Below, piece after piece: positions 23,101 through 31,083 of a stretch of 64,000 bases of DNA. The number at the start of each line of letters is the position of its first letter. The stretch's first letter is position 1. Under the pieces are notes generated by a model. It was not told where the DNA came from and made no database searches. It saw nothing but the letters and a program-made list of their open reading frames with translations. The position numbers and the translations under genes are program-made. This DNA is from an uncultured Gammaproteobacteria bacterium (GTDB lineage Bacteria > Pseudomonadota > Gammaproteobacteria > UBA9214): assembly GCA_963748215.1 (NCBI GenBank), contig CAVVHS010000006.1, forward strand, positions 960,001 through 1,024,000, in the 5' to 3' direction.

Positions 23101-23624
23101 TCCTTGTACTTGGAGATGCCGGCGGCCTCTTCCAGGAAGGCGCGCAGATCGTCCGGCTTGGCCTCGATCAGGCGCGAGATGGTGCCTTGCTCGATAATGG
23201 AGTAGCTGCGCGGCCCGAGGCCGGTGCCGAGGAAGATATCGGTGATATCGCGGCGCCGGCAGCGCGTGTTGTTCAGGAAATAGTTCGAGGTACCGTCGCG
23301 CGACACCTGGCGCCGAATGGAAAGCTCGTTGAAACCCGCGTACTGGCCGCCGATGGTGCCATCACTGTTGTCGAAGGACAGCTCGATGCTGGCGTGACCG
23401 ACCGGCTTGCGGCCGTTGGAGCCGTTGAAGATGACATCCGTCATCGAATCGCCGCGCAGGTTCTTGGCAGATGACTCGCCCATCACCCAGCGCACGGCAT
23501 CTATAATATTGGACTTGCCGCAGCCGTTCGGACCGATGACGCCGACCAGGTTGCTGGGCAGGTGGATGGTGGTCGGATCGACGAAGGACTTGAATCCGGC
23601 CAGCTTGATTTTGGTCAAGCGCAT
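20112..23624 (-). CDS. smc: Chromosome segregation protein SMC
   Basis: GPNGCGKSN Walker A, long coiled coils, hinge, LSGGEK signature, LDEVDAPLD. Confidence 0.98.
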   Translation of the reverse strand: MRLTKIKLAGFKSFVDPTTIHLPSNLVGVIGPNGCGKSNIIDAVRWVMGESSAKNLRGDSMTDVIFNGSNGRKPVGHASIELSFDNSDGTIGGQYAGFNELSIRRQVSRDGTSNYFLNNTRCRRRDITDIFLGTGLGPRSYSIIEQGTISRLIEAKPDDLRAFLEEAAGISKYKERRRETENRIRHTRENLDRLNDLLEEIDKQLDKLKRQSRAAERYKELKEEERQVKAELLTLRYHAMHEQSSERQRTIQECELGLEAEVAAQRGIEAELEKLREGLADANDAFSEVQGHYYKLGADVARIEQAIQHNRESRQQQQQELGRVEQTLGEIETHIRLDSARLQELAQNIATIEPDLLAARERVERSAGELAEAEQSMRAWQSEWDEFNRRTAERTQSAQVERTRLDHLERHVQQLDTRLQRMGEEQQTLGGQSLMDEIRQTAERLEGRETVVSGIQVKLENAVRHISDLRTRIYQQEQEVDALQSEQHATRGQLASLETLQRAALGQRSEQVSGWLKANGLQSAPRLAQSIKVDAGWEHAIETALGFYLEAICVDGLNDAERVLGGLDQGNVALFETAGQNDATADRGKGVLLADRITAPWSMASLLDGIYAADSLADALALRDRLAAHESVITREGIWVGRQWLRVARDTDEKAGVLERERDIAALTKRSEQQAGQIETLREAVDAARESLRSAEAERDQLQNEYNAAHREASDLRGSLAANRSRLEQQQHRRDHVLMESEALRAEKEKEEQEQAEARNRLDEALAATEALTHEREQRIGEQQQLAGVLDAARERARADQQAAHELAIRAESTRTAQASTDQALLRMHEQSKQLVTRRDELAVVLGQGDTPIVELEQELEGLLSRRSASEAELGTARKQVEDIEHGTRELDQERIRKERAIGSQREQLAQDRMAWQEIKTRADTLLEQINASGFEYQLLLEHMDAEATVELWAEQAEKMEQRIQRLGPINLAAIEEYEEESKRKIYLDAQHADLIEALQTLENAIAKIDRETRSRFKDTFDSVNQGMQENFPTLFGGGHAYLELTGEDLLDTGVTVMARPPGKRNSTIHLLSGGEKALTAIALVFAIFRLNPSPFCMLDEVDAPLDDANVSRYCDMVRKMSEQVQFIFITHNKVTMEMAQQLTGVTMHEPGVSRLVAVDIDEAVQLAAV

Positions 23625-23910
23625 GGATGGTTAGCCCGCATATTGCACCAGCCGGCTGCTGGCCTGCTGAAAATGACTGAGAAGATAAGTGCAACCATCC
23701 AATGACCCGACATATCTCCAAGCAAACGAAGTGTAATCTGAACGCCGCCGGTCCGGGCCCTGACTGCTCCAGTCACACCTGTACTGGGTCAGCATCCCGG
23801 ATGCTGGTTCAACATGCGGGCTAGGGTACCCATAGCCGGTCCCGTGCACAAGTATTAGTTAGCTGCCAGGGGGCTTGCACCCATCATCTTGTGTCTTGTA
23901 TCGTCGCGCC

Positions 23911-24300
23911 ATGTCGACCCAGCCCAGCAAGGATCTCGAGACCTTCCCCAATCCGCAGCCGGACCGGGACTACAGCATTCGCATCCGGGTGCCCGAATTC
24001 ACGTGCCTGTGCCCCAAAACGGGCCAGCCGGATTTCGCCACCCTGCACCTGGAATACGTGCCGGATGCGCGCTGTGTCGAGCTCAAGTCACTGAAATTAT
24101 ACGTCTGGTCGTTCCGGGACGAGGGGGCCTTCCACGAAGCGGTCACCAATCGCATGCTGGCCGACCTTGTCGCTGCCTGCCAGCCCCGCTATATGCGCCT
24201 GCGCGCCGAGTTCATGGTGCGCGGTGGCATCTACACCGACGTCGTGGTCGAGCACCGCCAGGACGGCTGGCAGCCGCCCGCGCCGGTGAGCCTGCCCTGA
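23911..24300 (+). CDS. queF: NADPH-dependent 7-cyano-7-deazaguanine reductase (type I, unimodular)
   Basis: [31 protein letters not shown]. Confidence 0.95.
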   Translation: MSTQPSKDLETFPNPQPDRDYSIRIRVPEFTCLCPKTGQPDFATLHLEYVPDARCVELKSLKLYVWSFRDEGAFHEAVTNRMLADLVAACQPRYMRLRAEFMVRGGIYTDVVVEHRQDGWQPPAPVSLP

Positions 24301-24337
24301 GCTGACGGACGACCCCGGCCCGCCGCCGGCAGCACCC

Positions 24338-25609
24338 GTGGCACATTTCCTCGGCATCGACTTCGGCACCTCCGGCTGCCGCGCCTGCGTCATCGACGCC
24401 ACGGGAGCGACACTCGCTGAGACCCGCACCCCGCTGACGGCACCGCACCGCGCCGGTAGCGCGATCGAACAGGACCCGGCCCGGTGGTGGCAGGCGCTCA
24501 CCGACACCCTCGACGGGCTGGGCCGGCAGTTCCCGCTGGGCGGTATCGCGGCGCTGTGCATCGACGGCACCTCCGCCACCCTGCTGGGCTGCGCCGCGGA
24601 CGGCACACCGCTGACGCCGGCCCTGATGTACAACGACTCCCGCGCCATCGCCGCGGCACAGCGCATCCACACCCACGCCCCGGCCGCGAGCGCCGCACAC
24701 GGCGCCAGCTCCAGCCTGGCGAAGGCGCTCTGGCTGCTGGAGATGGACCACGGCACGGCCATTCACCGCGTCCTGCACCAGGCCGACTGGCTGCTGGGCC
24801 GGCTGTGCGGACGTTTCGAGTGCAGTGACGAGAACAACGCCCTCAAGCTCGGCTACGACATCCTCGAACGCCGCTGGCCCGACTGGCTGGACGCGCTCGA
24901 CATGCCGCGCGCAGTGCTGCCGCGGGTCGTGCCGGCCGGCCGGCCGATCGGCACCCTGCTGCCCGAATGGTGCGCACGCTGGGGCATGCCGGCCGGCACC
25001 GTCATCGCCAGCGGTACCACCGACAGCACGGCCAGCTTCATCGCCACCGGCGCCGGCCCGGGCGAGGCGGTCACGGCGCTGGGCAGCACGCTGGTGCTGA
25101 AGGTGCTGGCCGAGTCGCCGCTATTCGCACCGCGACTCGGCATCTACAGCCACCGGCTCGGTGATCACTGGCTGGCCGGCGGCGCCTCCAACAGCGGCGG
25201 TGCCGTACTGGCGCAGTACTTCACGGCGGATGAGATCGCACGCCACACGCGCAGCCTGCGACCGGACCAGCCGACCGGGCTCGACTACTACCCGCTGCCC
25301 GCGCCCGGCGAGCGCTTCCCGGTCAGCGATCCGCAACTGGCGCCGCGCCTGACACCGCGCCCGGCGAGTGATGCCGTGTTCTTCCAGGCTATCCTGGAAG
25401 GGATCGCGGCCATCGAGGCCGAAGGCTACCGCCAGCTGGCCGCGCTGGGTGCGCCCTACCCATCGCGCGTCCTCAGCACCGGTGGCGGCGCCGTGAATCC
25501 AGGCTGGACCCGGATTCGGGAACGCCGCCTGGGTGTCCCGGTGGCCGCGGCCGAACACCAGGAGGCCGCCTACGGCGCGGCGTTGCTGGCGATGCGGGCG
25601 GTGGCCTGA
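24338..25609 (+). CDS. FGGY-family carbohydrate kinase (D-ribulose/xylulose kinase-like)
   Basis: GIDFGTSG, DGTS, NNALKLGYD, GTTDS, GGASNSGG, GERFP. Confidence 0.9.
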   Translation: MAHFLGIDFGTSGCRACVIDATGATLAETRTPLTAPHRAGSAIEQDPARWWQALTDTLDGLGRQFPLGGIAALCIDGTSATLLGCAADGTPLTPALMYNDSRAIAAAQRIHTHAPAASAAHGASSSLAKALWLLEMDHGTAIHRVLHQADWLLGRLCGRFECSDENNALKLGYDILERRWPDWLDALDMPRAVLPRVVPAGRPIGTLLPEWCARWGMPAGTVIASGTTDSTASFIATGAGPGEAVTALGSTLVLKVLAESPLFAPRLGIYSHRLGDHWLAGGASNSGGAVLAQYFTADEIARHTRSLRPDQPTGLDYYPLPAPGERFPVSDPQLAPRLTPRPASDAVFFQAILEGIAAIEAEGYRQLAALGAPYPSRVLSTGGGAVNPGWTRIRERRLGVPVAAAEHQEAAYGAALLAMRAVA

Positions 25610-25620
25610 ATAAACATTTA

Positions 25621-25656
25621 TCATGCGTGAAGCTGTCAGATGACTTCACGCATTGA
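25621..25656. terminator. Hairpin downstream of the FGGY kinase (possible terminator)
   Basis: atgcgtgaag-N11-cttcacgcat stem; no strong U tract. Confidence 0.4.
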
Positions 25657-25674
25657 AATACATGTTGTATTGCT

Positions 25675-26193
25675 GGTTTCGCCCGTCGGGCGAGATACTT
25701 TTCTTTGCTTCGCCAAAGAAAAGTACCCAAAAGAAAGGCGATCCCGGAGGCTTGCCCGAAAAGACATCTTCGATGACTTTTCGGGTTCCCTGCGCTTCTC
25801 GCCGGTTTGGGCGCTCGCCGAACTCGCAGGATTTGCCGCGCCTTCCGGCTAGCAAATCCAGCTCGACACGGCGGCTCGCTCAATCCCAAACCGGCTGCGA
25901 TGCTCGGCAGCGCCTGACGGGGCTTGATGCGGCCACCCCCGGTCCCGTTGCCCGCGCCGAGTACCGCAGCCAGGCCGGGATACAGGCGCGCACCTTGTCC
26001 GAGGCAAGCCTGAGCGGGATTTCAATCCCGCTCAGGCTCCGAGTTGTGCGCGCCCCCGGCTTGGCGAGGAACGCAGGGCAAGGCTGCGTAGCGGCCTTGT
26101 AGTACAACCCGGCGCGAGCATCGGGTGCCCTTCTCTTTGGGTACTTTCTCTTGGGCACACAAGAGAAAGTACCTCGCCCTTCAGGGCGAAACC
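25675..26193. mobile_element. ~520-bp MITE-like, highly palindromic element with ~70-bp terminal inverted repeats
   Basis: Left arm 25675-25745 and right arm 26123-26193 are reverse complements, each with CGCCC/GGGCG and TACTTT/AAAGTA hairpins; no credible ORF. Confidence 0.75.
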
Positions 26194-26317
26194 TGACAGG
26201 CATCCCGATTAAAACCAGGATCACGCTCGCGGAACGCTACAGACACGCCAAAGCCTACAATGCTTGATTCACAGATAAAGACTACACCCGGTATGATCCA
26301 GTTAAGGTAATCGACAT

Positions 26318-27058
26318 ATGGCCAGCAAACACTCCGGAATGCATTACCTGCTGCAGGGACTCGGGCTGATACGCCAGACCGGGCTGCGCGCCTATGTGAT
26401 CGTACCGGTACTGGTCAGTGTGCTCTGCTTCGGCGGCGCGATTTTCGGCCTGTTCTACTGGCTGGACAGTCTGCTTGGTCCCCTGCTCGGCAAGCTGCCG
26501 GCGTGGCTCGACTGGCTGCGCTACCTGCTCTGGCCGCTGTTTGCGCTGACCTGCGTGCTGGTCGTGTTCTACGGTTTTTCGATCCTCACCAACCTGCTGG
26601 CGGCGCCGTTCAACGGCATGCTGGCCGAGGCCGTCGAACAGCATCTCACCGGGCAGCCGATCGACACCGGCGGCTGGCGTGCGCTGGTGCGGGACATCGC
26701 GCCCAGCCTGTTCTCGGAACTGCGCAAGCTGCTGTATTTCGTGCTGCGCGCCCTGCCGCTGGGACTGCTGTTCCTGATCCCCGGCATCAATGTCGCGGCG
26801 CCGTTTCTCTGGGCGCTGTTCAGCGCCTGGATGCTCGCCATCGAATACCTCGACTACCCGATGGCGAATCACTCGCTGCACTTCGCCGCGCAGCGCAAGC
26901 TGTTGCGCGGCAACCGCCTGCTGGCCTACGGCTTCGGCGGCAGCACGCTGTTGCTGACCATGATCCCGGTGCTGAACTTCATCGCCATGCCCGCCGCGGT
27001 GGCCGGCGCAACCGCGCTGTGGGTAGAGGAATTCCGGGACCGGTCACCGGATTTGTAG
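26318..27058 (+). CDS. cysZ: Sulfate transporter CysZ (EI24 domain)
   Basis: NLLAAPFNGMLAEAVE, IEYLDYPMANH, IPVLNFIAMPAAVAGAT. Confidence 0.93.
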   Translation: MASKHSGMHYLLQGLGLIRQTGLRAYVIVPVLVSVLCFGGAIFGLFYWLDSLLGPLLGKLPAWLDWLRYLLWPLFALTCVLVVFYGFSILTNLLAAPFNGMLAEAVEQHLTGQPIDTGGWRALVRDIAPSLFSELRKLLYFVLRALPLGLLFLIPGINVAAPFLWALFSAWMLAIEYLDYPMANHSLHFAAQRKLLRGNRLLAYGFGGSTLLLTMIPVLNFIAMPAAVAGATALWVEEFRDRSPDL

Positions 27059-27121
27059 GAGCGCTTCGCAAGTTCGAGCTTTTCCGGACAGAAAGATCGC
27101 GGACGCGGTCCGCTCCTACAA
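27053..27121. repeat. GTAG-type REP doublet between convergent genes
   Basis: ttgtaggagcg ... cgctcctacaa, 11-bp perfect IR. Confidence 0.75.
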
Positions 27122-28270
27122 CAGATATGCCTGCAGGCGTCGCACGCCTTCCTGCAGGTTTTCCATCGAAGTCGTGTAGGCGAAGCGCACATGCCGCTCC
27201 GGGCTGTTGGTGCCGAAGTCGATACCGGGCGTGATCGCCACGCCCGCCTCTTCCAGCAACTGCTGCGAGAAGGCAAAGCTGTCCGCGGTAAAACGGCTGC
27301 AATCGGCATACAGGTAGAAGGCCCCGGCCGGCGTCACAGGGATGTCGAAACCGAGTTCGCGCAAGGCCGGCAACAGGAAATCGCGGCGCTGCCGGAATTC
27401 CTCGCGGCGCTGTTCCAGGATCGCGAGGGTATCCGGCTCGAACGCGCGCAGTGCGGCGTGCTGTGACAGCGTCGGCGCGGCGAGAAACAGGTTCTGCGCC
27501 AGCTTGTCGAGTTCCGGCACCAGCGCCTGCGGCGCCACCAGCCAGCCCAGCCGCCAGCCGGTCATGCCGAAATACTTGGAGAAACTGTTGATCACGACAA
27601 TCTCCTCGGACACGGCCAGCGCCGTGGGGTTGGCCGCATCGTAGACCAGGCCGTGATAGATCTCGTCGACGATCAGACTGCCGCCCTGTGTCTGCGCGAT
27701 CGCCAGGTACTCGCGCAGCGTGGTGGCATCGAGGAGGCTGCCGGTCGGATTCGAGGGCGAAGCCACCAGCAGGGCTGCGGTCTGCGCGTTCCAGTTATCG
27801 CGCACCTGCCGCACGGTCGGCTGGTAGCTGGATGCGGCATCGACCGGCAGGCTGACCGGTTCGCCGCCTAACAGGTGGACGAAAGTACGATTGCAGGGAT
27901 AACCCGGGTCGGCCAGCAATACACCATCGCCCGGGTTGACCAGCGCCGCCAGCACCAGTTGCAGCGCCGCCGAGGCGCCGGGTGTCACGACGATGCGCAC
28001 CGGGTCGACCTCGACGCCGTAGCGCGTGCCATAGAACGCGGCGATGCGCCGGCGCAACCCGGGCAGACCGGTCGCCGGGGTGTAGTGCGTGTGCCCTGCC
28101 GTCAGCGCGGCATGCCCGGCATCGATGACCGGTTGCGGCGTGACGAAATCCGGCTCGCCGATCTCCATATGGATAATTGAGCGCCCTGCCGCTTCCAGTT
28201 CGCGTGCGCGCGCCAGCAGTGCCATGACGTGAAACGGCTGGATGACCTGCATGCGACGTGCGATCTTCAT
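27116..28270 (-). CDS. PLP-dependent class I/II aminotransferase
   Basis: IHMEIGEPDF, SPSNPTG, VDEIYH, SFSKYFGMTGWRLG. Confidence 0.95.
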   Translation of the reverse strand: MKIARRMQVIQPFHVMALLARARELEAAGRSIIHMEIGEPDFVTPQPVIDAGHAALTAGHTHYTPATGLPGLRRRIAAFYGTRYGVEVDPVRIVVTPGASAALQLVLAALVNPGDGVLLADPGYPCNRTFVHLLGGEPVSLPVDAASSYQPTVRQVRDNWNAQTAALLVASPSNPTGSLLDATTLREYLAIAQTQGGSLIVDEIYHGLVYDAANPTALAVSEEIVVINSFSKYFGMTGWRLGWLVAPQALVPELDKLAQNLFLAAPTLSQHAALRAFEPDTLAILEQRREEFRQRRDFLLPALRELGFDIPVTPAGAFYLYADCSRFTADSFAFSQQLLEEAGVAITPGIDFGTNSPERHVRFAYTTSMENLQEGVRRLQAYLL

Positions 28271-28283
28271 CTCTCGCACTCCA

Positions 28284-29057
28284 TCAGTCGTGCACGGCCC
28301 GTGCGTGCAGTCGCTTGAGAAACGCGGCATCGACCATGCCGTCCGGCTGTGGCCCGCCCGCCAGCACCGAGCAAGGCATGCCGGGCTCGCCCAGGTGATC
28401 GAGCACCAGTGCTGCCCCGGTAAAATCCTGTTGCGCGGTATAGGGATTGACGGTCACCAGCGTGACCACCCCGGCGGCCAGCGCGGACTGCAGACCGTTG
28501 AGCGAGTCCTCGATAGCGATGCAGGCCTGCGCCGGCAGGTCCAGTTGCGCCAGTGCGTAGTCATAGATATCCGGGGCCGGCTTTTTGCTCGGCACGACGC
28601 TGCCGGCGGCAATCACCTCGAACCAGTCGTGCGCCGCCTCGCTGAACGAATGCTCGAGCAGGGCGGTGATATTGTCCGGCGTCGTGGTCGTGACAATGGC
28701 CAGGCGCAGCCCGGCGGCACGGATGTCCCGCAACAGGCGCTCCACGCCTGGCCGCAGCGGCACCTTGCCGCTGGCCAGCGCCCCGACGTAATAGCCGGTC
28801 TTGCTCTGGTGCAGACCGGCAATGAAGCCATCGGCGTCATCAGGAAAAACGAACCCGGGCCTTTCGCGCTGCAGGTAGTAGCGGATGCGCTCCTTGCCGC
28901 CGGTCACGGCCAGCAACTCGTGATACAGCTCACGATCCCATTCCCAGTCGAGCCCTGCCGCGGCAAACGCCGCATTGAAGGACTGGCGGTGAATCTCCTC
29001 GGTGTCTGCCAGCGTCCCGTCCACGTCCAGCAGCACGGCTTGCAATTCATGTTTCAT
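28284..29057 (-). CDS. cbbY: HAD-family phosphatase, CbbY-like
   Basis: DVDGTLADTE...HR..FN.AF...GLDWEW...Y..LL.VTGGKERI is the CbbY pattern; also KKPAPDIY and IEDS. Confidence 0.82.
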   Translation of the reverse strand: MKHELQAVLLDVDGTLADTEEIHRQSFNAAFAAAGLDWEWDRELYHELLAVTGGKERIRYYLQRERPGFVFPDDADGFIAGLHQSKTGYYVGALASGKVPLRPGVERLLRDIRAAGLRLAIVTTTTPDNITALLEHSFSEAAHDWFEVIAAGSVVPSKKPAPDIYDYALAQLDLPAQACIAIEDSLNGLQSALAAGVVTLVTVNPYTAQQDFTGAALVLDHLGEPGMPCSVLAGGPQPDGMVDAAFLKRLHARAVHD

Positions 29058-29143
29058 CGATTACCCCACTTTGTAGTGCTCCGGCACGACCCGTTCACGG
29101 CAAATACCGGCAAACAGGCCGTTTTTACAGCCTGCCCGTATCC

Positions 29144-29171
29144 TTGACTAATGGTAAAAGTGGCGTATAAA
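29144..29171 (+). promoter_or_regulatory. Putative sigma70 promoter for dksA
   Basis: TTGACT-N16-TATAAA in an AT-rich divergent intergenic region. Confidence 0.45.
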
Positions 29172-29283
29172 TAACGCCCCTGTAATGGTTCCCCGCCGGA
29201 TATGATACCTGAGCGCGGCAATAATTGAATCGAAATATCAACTCAAACAGTGAGTTAAAAAGCACCACGCGGAGAGCTTCCAG

Positions 29284-30024
29284 ATGGCTGTTAAAAAGAA
29301 GGCAGTAAAGTCAAAGGCAACGAAGAAGAAGACCGTCTCCAGGGCAAAGCCGGCCAGGAAAACAACAGCAAAGAAAGCCGCCCCTGCCAGGAAAGCCGCA
29401 CCGAAAAAAGCCGCATCGAAAAAAGCCGCACCTGTAAAAAAAGCCGCGCCGAAAAAAGCTGCCCCTGCAAAGAAAGCCGCACCGAAAAAGGCCGCACCTG
29501 TAAAGAAAGCCGCGCCGAAAAAGGCCGCCCCTGCCAGAAAAGCCGCGCCGAAAAAGGTCGCCACATCCACCCGTGCAGTCACGACGGCACGGAAGAAAGC
29601 CAGCGGGCAGATCGGACCCGTGCCCGGCATCGCGGCGTATGCCGAAAAAAGGGGCGAGGAATACATGAATGACAAACAGGTCGCGCACTTCCGCAATATC
29701 CTCCAGGCCTGGAAGCGCAGCCTGATGGAAGAAGTCGACCGTACCGTGCACCACATGCAGGACGATGCCGCGAATTTCCCGGACCCGAACGACCGTGCAA
29801 CCCAGGAATCCGAATTCAGCATGGAACTTCGCGCACGTGACCGCGAGCGCAAGCTGATCAAAAAGATCGAAGAATCGATTCGACATCTCGACAACGACGA
29901 CTTTGGTTACTGCGAGGCCTGCGGCGTGGAAATCGGCGTCAAGCGGCTCGAGGCACGTCCGACCGCGACACTGTGCATCGACTGCAAGATCCTCGACGAG
30001 ATCCGCGAAAAGCAGATGGGCTGA
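29284..30024 (+). CDS. dksA: RNA polymerase-binding protein DksA with a histone H1-like Lys/Ala/Pro N-terminal extension
   Basis: DPNDRATQESE (DxxDxA), CEAC...CIDC zinc finger, KKAAP repeats; upstream of gluQ. Confidence 0.95.
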   Translation: MAVKKKAVKSKATKKKTVSRAKPARKTTAKKAAPARKAAPKKAASKKAAPVKKAAPKKAAPAKKAAPKKAAPVKKAAPKKAAPARKAAPKKVATSTRAVTTARKKASGQIGPVPGIAAYAEKRGEEYMNDKQVAHFRNILQAWKRSLMEEVDRTVHHMQDDAANFPDPNDRATQESEFSMELRARDRERKLIKKIEESIRHLDNDDFGYCEACGVEIGVKRLEARPTATLCIDCKILDEIREKQMG

Positions 30025-30050
30025 CGGCCCCGTCGCTGTGCCACATGGAC

Positions 30051-30074
30051 AAAGCCGGCCCGCGCCGGCTTTTT
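30051..30074 (+). terminator. Rho-independent terminator after dksA
   Basis: aaagccggc-ccgc-gccggcttttt. Confidence 0.75.
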
Positions 30075-30105
30075 CATTGATCGAGGACATGGCTCCGATT
30101 CGCAC

Positions 30106-31041
30106 ATGACATTTACCCCGGACTACCGCGGCCGTTTCGCGCCTTCACCGACCGGCCCCCTGCATTTCGGGTCGCTGGTCGCCGCCGTTGGCAGTTACCT
30201 CGATGCGCGCCATTACCAGGGGCGCTGGCTGGTTCGCATGGAAGACCTCGACCCGCCGCGCGAGATGCCCGGCGCCGGGGACCTGATTCTGCGCACACTG
30301 GAAGCGTTCGGACTCGAATGGGACGAAACCGTCGACTATCAAAGCCGGCGCGGCACGCTGTACGATGCGGCGCTTGACCGGCTGGAGCGGGACGGTCACC
30401 TCTACCACTGTGCCTGCACGCGACGGGAAATCGCGGACAGCATGACAGGGCCGGACCGCAGCTCCGTCTATCCCGGCACCTGCCGCAACGGCCTGCCACC
30501 CGGCAGGCAGGCACGCGCCGTGCGAGTGCGCGTGTACGACTCGGCCATCAGCATGACAGATTTGCTGCAGGGTGGCATGACCCAGGCACTCGGAACGGCA
30601 GTTGGCGATTTCGTATTGCGCCGCGCCGACGGCCTCTATGCCTACCAGCTTGCCGTGGTGGTCGACGATGCCGAGCAGGGCATTACTCACGTCGTGCGCG
30701 GCGCCGACCTGCTCGGCTCGACGCCACGGCAGGTTTACCTGCAGCAACTGCTTGGCTACACCAGCCCCGCCTACCTGCATCTGCCGGTCGCCGTGAACGC
30801 CGGCGGCGAGAAACTCGGCAAACAGACCTTCGCACCGGCCATCCCGTCCACGCACGCGATCGACACCCTGCAGCAGGCACTGGCGTTCCTCAACCAGCCG
30901 TTGCCCGATGGCGCCCGGGATGCCACGGTGGCCGAATTGCTCGCGTGGGCCGCAACGCACTGGGACAGGCATGCCCTGCCCGGCCGGCGGCAGCTGGTGG
31001 CACCGGGAGTATTTCAACAAGTCACACCGGCAAGGCTATAA
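30106..31041 (+). CDS. gluQ: Glutamyl-Q tRNA(Asp) synthetase
   Basis: GRFAPSPTGPLHFGS, CACTR, YPGTC, YQLAVVVDD, KLGKQ; follows dksA. Confidence 0.95.
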   Translation: MTFTPDYRGRFAPSPTGPLHFGSLVAAVGSYLDARHYQGRWLVRMEDLDPPREMPGAGDLILRTLEAFGLEWDETVDYQSRRGTLYDAALDRLERDGHLYHCACTRREIADSMTGPDRSSVYPGTCRNGLPPGRQARAVRVRVYDSAISMTDLLQGGMTQALGTAVGDFVLRRADGLYAYQLAVVVDDAEQGITHVVRGADLLGSTPRQVYLQQLLGYTSPAYLHLPVAVNAGGEKLGKQTFAPAIPSTHAIDTLQQALAFLNQPLPDGARDATVAELLAWAATHWDRHALPGRRQLVAPGVFQQVTPARL

Positions 31042-31083
31042 TCGGCCCCTGTCAACCCGACACCAGCCCCAGCGGAGCAGAGT

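Noticed and set aside
20967-23474. Long antisense ORFs (e.g. 835 aa opposite smc, 632 aa opposite GGDEF-EAL, 618 aa opposite the Kef antiporter)
   Set aside because: Shadow frames expected in high-GC coding DNA; they have no recognisable motifs and fully overlap confident genes.
23700-23910. preQ1 riboswitch or SRP RNA upstream of queF
   Set aside because: No A-rich 3' tail or P1 stem of preQ1-I, and no SRP domain IV CAGG...GGAA...AGCA motif; queF looks leaderless.
25640-26224. Short ORFs inside the 520-bp palindromic element
   Set aside because: They are translations of the repeat arms on both strands with no transposase motif.
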